Shown here: positions 25,186-35,949 of the stretch, in pieces
How positions within the stretch are numbered: position 1 is the stretch's first letter
How the letters are laid out: the number at the start of each line of letters is the position of its first letter
NCBI RefSeq assembly: GCF_006345805.1
Contig: NC_043001.1
Span: forward strand, 117,118,001 to 117,182,000
Direction: 5' to 3'
Length of the DNA stretch: 64,000 nt
Source of the DNA: Octopus sinensis
Lineage: Eukaryota
Made by a program: the position numbers and the translations under genes
The notes under the pieces: generated by a model
What the model saw: only the letters and a program-made list of their open reading frames with translations
The model's database searches: none
Told to the model about the DNA's origin: nothing

Positions 25186-25558
25186 TCTTGTACTTGTTTC
25201 AGTCATTTGACTGTGGCCATGCTAGAACACTGCCTTTAGTCAAACAAATCAACCCCAGAACTTATTCTTTGTGAGCTTGGTACTTTTTCTATCGGTCACT
25301 TTTACTGAACTGCTAAGTTATGAGAACGTAAACACACCAACATCAATTGTCAAGCGATGGTGGGGATCAAACACAGACACACACATATACATACACACAA
25401 TGGGCTTCTTTCAGTTTCCATCTACTAAATCCACTTACAAGGCTTTGGTCGTTTCGAGACTATAGTAGAAAACACTTGCCCAAGGTGCCATGCAGTGGGA
25501 CTGAACCCAGAACCATGTGGTTGGGAAGCAAGCTTCTTACCACACAACCCCACACCTG
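25186..25558 (-). mobile_element. SINE-A, full length
   Basis: Same family motifs. Confidence 0.88.
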
Positions 25559-26030
25559 TTCAATAAGACTGTATTCTATCCCAGTAAGTACATGTTCTTG
25601 TACACTTACTTCAGCAAGCATGTTGAAGTTTTTGACTTACTGAAGGGATGTAATATACCCTAAACATACTTGATTTGTCTTGTGCATGGTAAGACTCAAA
25701 AGATCTTTCAATAACTAATACTATTTTTGTCTTCCCCCTACATAGTTTTTACTAGCGAAATTGTCAATGATCTCTGCATGAAATATTTTGACATTAACTG
25801 AAATGTTTGTTAGTTATTTTCCTTGGTCATAATGTACTAAAAGCTCACAATACTTAATAGTAAATATTTTGCAATATTGGAATTAGTTTTAGATGCAGTT
25901 CTCTTTTGAATTTCTGTAAAGTTAAGTATTTTATTTCGTTTTTGGATTTGGTTTGCAAGATTCTTTATATGAATTCATGTGTTGAAGTATATTCTGTTGT
26001 GTCTGGGGAGAGTCATTTTCTTTTTGTGCC

Positions 26031-26155
26031 TTATAATTTAACACACTCACCGGTAGTCAAGACTATTGAAAAGGTTGCAAGACGCAATGAAAATTTTAGG
26101 AAAATAAAAATAAGAAATAAGTGGAAATTTTACTGGTGAGTGTGCTAAATTATAA
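26031..26155. mobile_element. 125-bp Tc1-like MITE
   Basis: TTATAATTTAACACACTCACCGGTA (26031-26055) vs the reverse complement of 26131-26155 match at 23/25. CACTCACCGG resembles Tc1 TIR starts. Confidence 0.7.
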
Positions 26156-26245
26156 GTATTTTTATACAGTTCTATATATAAGAGATGAGGAATTATGTAC
26201 ATTATTTACATTTGACGGATATTTCTCCTCATCTTGTTTGTTGTT

Positions 26246-26291
26246 AACACAATGTTTCAGCTGATATACCCTCCAGCCTTCATCAGGTGTC
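26246..26291 (-). ncRNA. Minimal type I hammerhead-like motif (left arm)
   Basis: Minus strand GACAC CTGATGA A GGCTG GAGGGTATAT CAGCT GAAA C ATT GTGTT. Confidence 0.6.
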
Positions 26292-26385
26292 TTGGGGAAA
26301 TTTCAAACCTGGCTTCTTATTCCTGAGGTATAATAATACTGAAAAATACCTTAGGAATGAGAACCCAGGTTCAAAATTTCCTCAA

Positions 26386-26431
26386 GACACCTGATGAAGG
26401 TTGGAGGGTATATCAGCCGAAATGTTGTGTT
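26386..26431 (+). ncRNA. Minimal type I hammerhead-like motif (right arm)
   Basis: GACAC CTGATGA A GGTTG GAGGGTATAT CAGCC GAAA T GTT GTGTT: stem I 5 bp and stem II 5 bp, each with one G-U pair. Confidence 0.65.
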
Positions 26432-26829
26432 AATAATAAACAAGATGAGGACAAATATCTGTCAAATGTAAATAATGTTAATAGATATTTTAATGTTTTC
26501 AATATTGCAAAAATAAGTTTCCTGTTTTCACTACTTTAAACCTTTGTAGCCTCCTTTTTTAGAATGGTTTTTCGAGTGATAAAATTCCTATAGTTGAATT
26601 CAAATTTATACTACATTGCATCTGGTTTCATCGAATTGATTTTTGTTATTTATATGCAGTGGCGTCACAGGTGGGCTGATAGAAGAGATAGGCAAGAGTA
26701 GTTAGCATTAAGAGCACTCATGAAATACATTCAAATGCGCAGAAGGCTCCATACAACTTGGTGCAATTGCAAGTAGATGTTCTGAGATAGTAGCGAGAGT
26801 AAGGATGGAGTTAGAAAATTTCAAGGGTT

Positions 26830-27110
26830 TAATACCTCAGCTGGTGACAGAAGGGTTCTGTATTTGAATAAAGAGTAGATTGTGTATAAAGTGAGACATT
26901 GCATTGTAGCTAAGTGTAGGTTTTGAGTGCAGAGGATTTGTGAAAGCTTGGAAGATATGAGGTGAGCATGATTTACTGGATGTGTTACGTTAGAATGTAC
27001 AAACAATGGACCACAAATGAGTTGAGAGAAAATGAGAAAAATAGTTTACATGAGGTATATGATGTCGTGTGCAAGAGAAACAACTGTGCTGTTGTTACGG
27101 GCCTGTAATA
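26830..27110 (+). mobile_element. Highly degenerate RTE-X-like ORF2 fragment
   Basis: DNA-level similarity to the LVTKGLSLRVKGRLY...RNEASMLRWMC region of 35950-38280. Confidence 0.5.
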
Positions 27111-27504
27111 TACATGGACTGTTACAATGCAGTATCTCCCTTAAAACACAATCCATCCTTCATTCAAGTAGAGAACCCTTCTATCACCAGCTGAGATATT
27201 AAACTTTTGAAATTCTCTCACACCATCCTATCTATATACAAACAAGCTTCTTTCAGTTTTTGTCAGCTGAATCCACTTACAAGGTTTTGGTCAGTCTGGG
27301 GTTATTGTAGAAGATACTCCAGCCTTCATCAGGTGTCTTGGGGAAATTTCAAACCTGGGTTCCCATTCCTAAGGTATTTTTCGATATTATTATTCAGATC
27401 ACTGCCTGGAATCGAACTTGGAATCTTGGGGTTAGTAGTCCACACTCTTAACCACTATGGCTGCGGGATATTATGGAGTGAATTTTACGGCTTATAAATC
27501 TAAT

Positions 27505-27830
27505 ATTTCCCCATCCTTCCTTAATACAGGTTCCCATATGCTAGTCATATCTCCACTCGGTCTGCTTTAGAAGGTTGTTGTGTCTTAGCATATGTGCTGC
27601 TTCTTTTAGTTTTTGTATTTTCCAGTGGTGTTCTCTGTCTATTATTTTAACTTCATCCCACAGGGAGAGGTGGTCTCCATTTTTCTATACGGGATCAGCT
27701 ACACCCGATTTATCAATATCTTCTCATGTCACAGCTTTGCGATGTTCCTCTACCCTTATTTTTAGGGGACGACATGTTTTGCCTTTGTATAACCTACTAC
27801 AGCTGCATGGGATGGAGTAAACACAGTTCT
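27505..27830 (-). mobile_element. Penelope-like element GIY-YIG endonuclease remnant
   Basis: Minus strand reads SIPCSCSRLYKGKTCRPLKIRVEEHRKAVT*EDIDKSGVADPV*KNGDHLSLWDEVKIIDREHHWKIQKLKEAAHM, which has the PLE GIY-YIG pattern (PC.C...Y.G.T.R.L..R..EH). Confidence 0.75.
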
Positions 27831-28104
27831 TAGTCATATTCTCTTCTATTGGTGGTTTTACTTGAAGGAGAAATTTGCGAATATCCGTCTAATGTAAATA
27901 ATGTACAAGATCACGCAGTTGGGAAGGCTGCTTTTCAACCCACAGTCATGTCTGCACCTATTGTATATCTTCAGAGTAAACTTAGCTAAGACTAAAACAT
28001 TAGTAAGTGAAAGACAAACCCCTTGCTATGATCAAGGAAGTCTATACTTGCTACTCAGAAAAGGAGCAAGTAGGAATTTCACATTATGTACCTAATATAT
28101 ACAG

Positions 28105-28355
28105 TGGACATACAAGATGTGTAGCTGGACCTCAAGCAAGTTAACAATAAATGTAGACTTCATGTGTGGAAAAGTTCACAGAGGTTGTAAGTATCAACAC
28201 CTCATAGGAAGTACATCCTGTCAAGCACTTGGAAGGCTCCCTATAATTAGTTGACAGCCTTTGTTACTGAGGTGATCTAATTAGCAGTGGGGTGGGTATT
28301 CTGAAAGAGTCGCCAGAGTAAGAACGTTCTGGAAAAAGTTCAGTGAGTTAGGGCT
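28105..28355 (+). mobile_element. Highly degenerate RTE-X-like ORF2 fragment
   Basis: LVDSLCY*GDLISSG and FWKKFSEL segments parallel VVDSFRYLGDQVSSGGG and AWAKFREL of the larger element. Confidence 0.55.
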
Positions 28356-28545
28356 TCTTTAAAATTTTAGTGTGTATGAATGACTGAGTTGAAATGAGCA
28401 GAGAGAAAAAAAAACTGGACTTGCTGGTATGGACTTGTGATATATATGAGAGTGAGTAATGTATAAAGAAGTACTGTCCACAATGAAGGAGTGGAGCCTG
28501 TGAAGGAGGGAGACAAGTGTGTGTGTGTGTGTATATATATTTAAA

Positions 28546-28988
28546 AATTATGAGTATAATTATAATTAGTTTCAGCAAAAAATTTGCTTTACCACATACC
28601 GAAAATTAGAAATAGCAGTTAAAAACTATTTCACTACCATAAGAAAATCTCCCAAACAGTAATACTCAACAACTCACGCAGGTAAAAAGAAAAAAAAAAA
28701 ATAACGAATCCACCCGGCTTTGATTAACTGTATACGCGTTTTGGAGTTAGAGAGATGTGAAAAATGTAAAATCATATTTCCGCTCTCATTCCCCTAATTC
28801 AAGATTTTAAATTTGAGACCACTGAAAAATGAAACATACTTATCTGACCAGGCGACATCAGTATTGAGTATTGCTGTCTGGGAGATTTTCTTATGGTAGT
28901 GAAATAGTTTTTAACTGCTATTTCTAAATTTCGGTATGTGGTGAAGCAAATTTTTTGCTGAACCCTAATTATAATTATACTCATAATT
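28546..28988. mobile_element. ~445-bp MITE/fold-back with ~124-bp TIRs
   Basis: Arms 28546-28669 and 28864-28988 are reverse complements with about 6 differences. Confidence 0.85.
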
Positions 28989-29111
28989 ATAGAATTTTTG
29001 TATAAGTTTACTGATAATGGCTCTTTTAACATACCGAACTATTTGGTAAAATTATTAATTAATTAATTAATTTTGCCCTTTGTTATTATTGATATATATA
29101 TATATATGTAC

Positions 29112-29345
29112 ATAATATTAATTAGAGACAAAACCACTATTATGCAAATCAAACAAAGAAAGACTTAATCCAATACATAAAAAAAATTTTATATAAATTA
29201 AATAAAATTAAATTAGAAGAGACACGAAACAATTGTAGTGGCAAATTTAATTTTATTTAATTTATATAAAATTTTTTTATGTCTTGGATTAAGTCTTTCT
29301 TTGTTTGATTTGCATAATAGTGGTTTTGTCTCTAATTAATATTAT
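29112..29345. repeat. Near-perfect fold-back: 103/102-bp arms, 29-nt spacer
   Basis: Arms 29112-29214 and 29244-29345 differ by 1 substitution and 1 indel in an A-run. Confidence 0.92.
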
Positions 29346-29557
29346 ATAATATTTTACTATAAAATTGGATTCAGTCCTAAATCTGATTTTTCCCTGTAAA
29401 TTTGGATTTATTCCCTAATATTTATTATTATATATATACATATATATATGTGTGTGTGTGTGTGTGTGTATATACAGTAATCTTCAACTATCATGGGTGT
29501 TACATTCCAAAACACCCCCGTGATAGGTGAAAATCCATGAGGTAGAAACAGTACTGT

Positions 29558-29951
29558 ACTCTTTTACTTGTTTCAGTCATTTGACTGTGGCTATGCTTGA
29601 GCACCGCCTTTAGTCGAGAAAATCGACCCCAGGACTTATCCTTTGTAAGCCTAGTACTTATTCTGTCGGTCTCTTTTGCCGAACCACTAAGTTATGGGGA
29701 TGTAAATACATTAGCATCGGTTATCAAGTGATGTTGGGGTGGACAAACACAGATGCACAAACATATACACACACACACACATACATACATATATACGACG
29801 GGCTTCTTTCAGTTTCCGTCTACTAAATCCACTCACAAGGGTTTGGTCAACCCGAGGCTATAGTTGAAGACACTTACCCAAGGTTCCATGCAGTGGGACT
29901 GAACCCGGAACCATGTGGTTCGTAAGCAAGCTACTTATCACATAGCCACTC
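29558..29951 (-). mobile_element. SINE-A, full length
   Basis: Same family motifs. Confidence 0.9.
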
Positions 29952-30087
29952 TTTTGCCTACTGTATGTTTTTTTAAAATTATTTTTATAATTTGTATATA
30001 TTTTATTATAAATGCAAAACAGCATCACGGAGGAATTGATGTAAGCTTATATAATAAACTGCGAAATGGCGAGGGATTACTGTGTGT

Positions 30088-30401
30088 GTGCCGGTGGCAC
30101 GTAAAAAGCACCATCTGTTCGTGTCTGTTGCCAGCCTCGCCTGGGCCCCGTGCCGGTGGCACATAAAAAGCACCATCCGTTCGTGGTCGTTTGCCAGCTC
30201 TGTCTGGCACCTGTGCAGGTGGCACGTAAAAAGCACCCACTACACTCACGGAGTGGTTGGCGTTAGGAAGGGCATCCAGCCGTAGAAACACTGCCAGATC
30301 TGACTGGGCCTGATGAAGCCTTCCGGCTTCCCAGACCACAGTTGAACCGTCCAACCCATGCTAGCATGGAAAACGGACGCTAAATGATGATGATGATGAT
30401 G
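30088..30401 (+). mobile_element. 5'-truncated 3' end of RTE-X-like LINE with (ATG)n tail
   Basis: As 4469-4715 and 6258-6539, with three GGCACGTAAAAAGCACC modules. Confidence 0.85.
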
Positions 30402-30881
30402 GCTTGACAGGGTCTAATGAGTCAGAAGACTGCATTGGGTTCCAGTGTCTACTTTGGTATGGTTTCTATGGATGGATGCTCTTCCTAACGCCAGCCATTT
30501 TATAGTGTGTACTAGGTACCTTACTTATAGTATTGGTAATAGTGAGGTTGCTAAGTAACTTGTATGACAAAATAACTCCTCAACTGAGTGGGAATGTAAT
30601 AGAGAGGCAGTTGACTTTGTCTGGTGTTGAGAGCCTAGTGATAGAGTGACAGGAACAGATGACTTGCTGCAGTGGAGATATAGGGCTACCTCAAATTATA
30701 TGAGTGAGTGGGAGTAGTTAGAAAGTGTGATGAAGATGGTGGTGACAAGGTGTAAGAGCATAAGGTGAATAGAAGAGAAAATAGGGACTAAGTCAGGAAG
30801 GGTTGGGAGTAGGTTCACAAGAGTGTGAGAGGAGCAGGATTTATAATACAGTTCTGTATTCAAGAGATGAGGAATTATGTA

Positions 30882-30948
30882 CATTATTTACATTTGACAA
30901 GTATTTGTCCTCAAGATGAGGACAAATATCCGTCAAATGTAAATAATG
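30882..30948. repeat. 32-bp-arm hairpin made of the termini of the 26199-26478 element
   Basis: CATTATTTACATTTGACAAGTATTTGTCCTCA aga TGAGGACAAATATCCGTCAAATGTAAATAATG (29/32). It is preceded by the same AGAGATGAGGAATTATGTA as 26181. Confidence 0.85.
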
Positions 30949-31911
30949 AGCATGATTGATGGTTAGAGATGGAGGTAGAAGTTAAAATAATGAATACTGA
31001 ACAAGGTTAGAGGGGGGTGGTTGATGCTAAATATGAATTTTGAGGGACAGTAATAAGAAACAGAAATGGCTCTGGAAGGACATCATCAAGGCTCAGTTCT
31101 CAGTCTCCTTTTGGTCATCATATTCCTCCAAGCCATAAAAAACATGCTATACCAGACATTGGAGCATGATGAAGTCTTCTGACTGATTGGACTCTGTTTC
31201 AGCATCCAACAAAATGTTATCAAGGCAGACAGACATTAAAAGATGTAGATGGTGATATATGTATGTCAGCTGTTATCTACATCTGCTGCTTCTTCTATCT
31301 CTTTGATACATTCTCATGTCTAATACTTGCCCTTCTATTCACCATATGATGGCTGCCTATAAGACTAAGGATGGCAGGGGATATCACTGTACCATCTTTT
31401 CCATGTAGATGCTATTGGACCTCTCTAACCCTTTCATCTCTCACATTCACCCTCTCCACTGTACCATGCTGTCTGTGTAATGAGGGATTGTATTAGACCT
31501 ACCCATATTTCAATCCCTCACCACCAATGTCCTTAACATTACTTCTCTTGCTCATCATGAAACATGTATAAGGGACACAGCAGGTGTTTGTATTTCATAC
31601 ACTTTACCATCACCTTTTCTTTCTTGGACCACTTGTTACTGACATCAACTACTGAGTCTCACTCTCCAGTATTGTCCATTACCCTTTGTCTCCCTTTACC
31701 ACTCTCTCACATCTTCCATTATACTCTTGCTTTCATCCACTCATCCCAGTTCTTTGGTTATTGCTTTCATCTTTGCTTTCTCTTCACTCACCTTCTTGCT
31801 CACGTTGTTTTGAGTGAATGAATGCATCATAAAGTAAGACTAAGGTTATTCTCCTAGTACTGGTTCCACAATAAAATGTATCTAGTATGATTTGTAAAAA
31901 ATGGTTGTTCA

Positions 31912-32208
31912 CCATCCGAACGTGGCCGATGCCAGCGCCGCCATGACTGGCTTCTGTGCTGGTGGCACGTGAAAAGCACCAACTGATCGTGACCGCTGCC
32001 AGCCTCCCCTGGCACCTGTGCCAGTAGCATGTAAAGAGCACCCACTACACTCATGGAGTGGTTGGCCTTAAGAAAGGCATCCAGCTGTAGAAACACTGCC
32101 AGATCAGATTGGAGTCTGGTGTAGCCTCCTGGCTTCCCAGAACCCGGTCGAACCGTCCAACACATGCCAGCATGGAAAACGGACGTTAAGCAATGATGAT
32201 GATGATGA
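31912..32208 (+). mobile_element. RTE-X-like LINE 3' end, subfamily closer to the long copy
   Basis: CTGGCTTCCCAGAACCCGGTCGAACCGTCCAAC...GGAAAACGGACGTTAAGCAATGATGATG. Confidence 0.8.
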
Positions 32209-32849
32209 ATGGATGGGGATGATGTGGAGTTGAGAGGATCTATTTGTCTTGTTGAGAACATGGCAGTATCTCTAGTGTTGGTGGTACCTTGGTAAAATGC
32301 ACCCAGCATGCACTATAAAGTAGCTGGCAGTTGGAAGGATATGCAACTGTGGAAAGCAAGCCAAAACATGAGCAAGACGTGGTTGTCGGATCCACCTAGA
32401 AGAGTAAGAACTAACTGATCTATCTAACCCATGCCAGCATGGAAAATTTACATAATGATGATTACACTGTTGTGTAATGTGCATGCTAGCTGGTCAATTT
32501 CTTTTTCTGAAAAACCCAGCTTTGCCAGATTGTCACTTCAGCATTTATTAACAAAACCAAGTGCACCAATTATTAGTGGTAAAAATATTAATTTATAATC
32601 TGAGTATAGAAAGTGAAGGCTTTGAAGTTGTTTATAAATATCCTCTTCTCTTTGATTTTCAAACAGATACTCACATCAGCAGGGCAACTGACCTCTATGA
32701 CTGGACATGCTTTTTCTTGTCAGCCCCAAACAACTATATCCAGCATGTTTGCAAGTAGTAGTAGTTTTGATGGGAATGTTCCACCAATATTTTTTGTGTC
32801 AATGTACATGAATATATTAAGTAACAGGGAAACTCTAGATTTATCCCAG

Positions 32850-34570
32850 AACAGACATTGCATTGTATATTGTCTGCATTACAACATAATGTCACGTTGA
32901 GAGGTTATACCTTGATAACATTTTTAGGCAACAGTTGACCACATGTATGATGTCTTCCACAGAAATGTGACGTAATTGACATTTTCGGTTACATCTTGGG
33001 TCTTCAAGGGCTCACTATTTCTTCTGTTCATTAGGTATTTTAGAGTAATCTGCTGCACTTGGATTGCAAACTCATAGCCTACAAAGTATGATGTAATGCA
33101 ACAATGGTGATTCCAAGAAAGGCTGCAGTTATGTTGATGGTGTCATCTTCAAAGCAGCAAGCTGGCAGAATTGTTAGTATTCCAGGCAAAATGCTTAGTG
33201 GCATTTCATACATTCTGAGTTCAAATTCCACCAAGGTCAACTTTGACTTCCATCCTTTCAGGGTCAATAAAATAAATATCAGTTGAGTTTTGGGGTTGAT
33301 GTAATTGACTCCCCCCACCTTTCCCTGAAATAGCTGGTCTTGTGCCAAAATTTGAAACCAATATTAGTGTTATCTTCAAGTCTTTGGAAAACATATAATC
33401 ATACAAATGTATAGTCTCTCTCTCTGATATGTTGGTTGAGCATTTAACATCTGGGTCTTCTTTGAGGTATGGCAGTCCAGCTGTTTTTGGGTTGTATGGG
33501 AAGTTAGGAAGAGAGCACTTCCTGAGGAGCTCATTGCCAACATGTAGGATGTTCTCTTTGCTTTTCAGCATGAAGCTTATATATTTATTTTTGCTGGTAT
33601 TGTTTACATTCGAAGACTTCTTGCCCTGATCCCAAGCCCCTATTTCCATTGTTTCTTAGGTAGACCTTGTTGATATTGTTTCTGCTGAAGTTTCCAGTTG
33701 ATATCAGGGTCTTGTGGAGTTTAAACCGGCTGTATCCGGCCCGAATAGTCTACACATTTTATGCTCAAACTGGCCAGAACCAGCATCTCACACCTACCCT
33801 GCAATGTCATTCTAAAAATAAGCAATTACATCTTTCCTATCTTGAAGCTACAAAATAATATCAGATAAATTTTTTTAAATGTGAATGAATAAGGATTATT
33901 TTTGCCAAATTAATCTGAATGCTAAAGGGTTAATGTCTATGGAGTGGATTTCCTCATTCAAATATCTCAAATATTGGTTTCAGCACAGGTACTCTAAATG
34001 CATTGTAGGATATCGTCTTGCTGTGAGACATGAACCCCACCTGCCAAATTTTTCTAAATCTGGTGTAATATTCTTGGGTTACTCTATCTTCATTCACAGT
34101 ACGTTCAGATGACGTATTTTCATCAATGCCTATGTATTAGTAGTATTAGTAGCATTCTTTGTGTTGAACAAGAGATAGAGATGCATATGTTTCGGGTTTA
34201 GAAGTCTGATTTTCCACATTCAATAATCAAATACAAAGACTTCTTTTTGGCCAAATTCCATTCCTATATCAGCTGAATATGTTGATATTAACTCCAGCTG
34301 TCTTTTTGGCATTAAAAACATTTTTATCATAGGTTTTCAGGTCATCCACAAAGAAATTATGAGTTACATTGATATCTCCAGCAGTTGCTGACCCTAATGT
34401 AGCCATTGGATTTTCGTAAAAGAAATGATTGTAGATTTAATGCCAAAATAAACAGAATTATAGAAAGACTATCTAATTTGAATATTTCCATTGGGATATG
34501 CATAACATCAGAGACAATCATTCTGCTCCCAGGTGTAAGTGCAAGGATTGTTGTCAATGGTAGCAACTAA
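32850..34570 (-). mobile_element. Degenerate R4/Dong-like (RLE-type) LINE: RT motifs and CCHC knuckle, interrupted by SINE-B
   Basis: Minus strand IFKLDSLSIILFILALNLQSFLLRKSNGY and THNFFVDDLKTY (RT, ~34330-34500). FAIQVQQITLKYLMNRRN...CQLRHISVEDIIHVVNCCLKMLSRYN (CCHC region, ~32900-33080, frameshifted). Confidence 0.65.
33153..33366 (+). mobile_element. SINE-B inserted in the R4/Dong-like remnant
   Basis: Family motifs. 13-bp TSD GTGT[C/T]ATCTTCAA at 33140-33152 and 33367-33379. Confidence 0.85.
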
Positions 34571-35949
34571 TTTTAGTTTTAAAATAGTCTCTAAAATATT
34601 TATCACAAGCATGCATTTTATCCAGTCAGATACCAACATGAGTGGTGATTAACATTGGTTCCAGTGGTCAACTTAGTACATCTTAGAGAATCTTTTATTT
34701 TAATCAATGAAAAAAGAAGCTTATGAATCTATATGCTAAAAGATGTGACCCATTCCCCCTTTACTTTGTCTATACATACTGAACCAAATGTAAGTTTTTT
34801 TCCTCATATTTATGTTAATATCACACGTCATCTCAAAAGCTCTCTGCATTTATTTAGACAATTCCCATCTGTTCTCACTCTAAGGACTCTTACTTAATTG
34901 GAATGTATATTTACCAGGTAGATGACTTTATCCCTATGTATCTCTGCAAACAAACTTTGCCAACACCTGATAATATTTCCTTTTACACTGTATATTGACT
35001 CCTTTATCCATTTACTTTGCCCTACAATAGCCCTTCAGTTTTTAAACTGGCCATGCTTTCAGACATACATGTATCGTAATAGAAGGCAGCTGATGTGAAT
35101 ATCTCTTAGAAAATCAAGGAGAAAGAAGATAACTATGGACAATTGCTTTGAAACCTCCAGCTTCTATATCCAGATTACAACTTTACACTTATACTAATAA
35201 AAATTGGAGTACTTGGGGTTTAGTAAGTACATGCTTAACTGTCAGTCTGGATAAGCCTGGATTTTCAAAAAAGAAAAAAGGTTAATCAGCTGATTCACAC
35301 ATTACAAATACAATTTGTAAGTGGAACAGTAAAACTATGCAAGACTTTTTTCAGGTTTAGAATGTGATATTCTTTTCCATATCTATATTCCAAAGATGGA
35401 GCTTTGTACCTTTGTTAGAAACCAGTTCCTTGCTCAGAGGAAGAATTTAAATGATTAAATACAGAAGATAGAGAGAGAGAGAGAGAGAAATACACATACA
35501 TACATGCACACAATCAATTAATAGTGTATATAATCATCGTTTTATGTCATTTTCCATGCTGGGATAGGTTAGCTATATCATTGCAGTCTTAGTCATTTAC
35601 TACTTTTCTAGGTGGGTCAGACAACCATGTCTTGCTCAGGCTTGGTTTCTACAGCTGCTTATCCTTCCTACTGCCTGCTACTTTACAGTGTGTACTAATT
35701 GCATTTTACCAATGCCAAAACAAATACATTTTATAAGCAGAACAGTAAAAATGTGTGACATTTTTCTCAAGTTCAACATGTGACATTGTTTTTGCTATCT
35801 ATATTCCAATAATGGAGCTTTTGTTTCTTTGTTAGAATCCATCTCCTTCTGTACAGGAAGACATCAAATAATTGAAAATAGAGAAGATGCATGCATGCAT
35901 ACATATATACATACATACGTACATAAGTATGTATATATGTATTTCCTTC

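Larger units (their letters stand above)
26199..26478. mobile_element. Fold-back of two inverted Penelope-like LTR segments (133-bp arms, 14-nt spacer)
   Basis: Arms 26199-26331 and 26346-26478 have ~14 mismatches by manual count. Each arm carries a hammerhead motif. Related pieces are at 27318-27385 and 30862-30948. Confidence 0.85.

Noticed and set aside
27150-27205. In-frame ENPF as a possible alternative G-gamma exon 2
   Set aside because: It has no CaaX, no D.L motif and no good acceptor.
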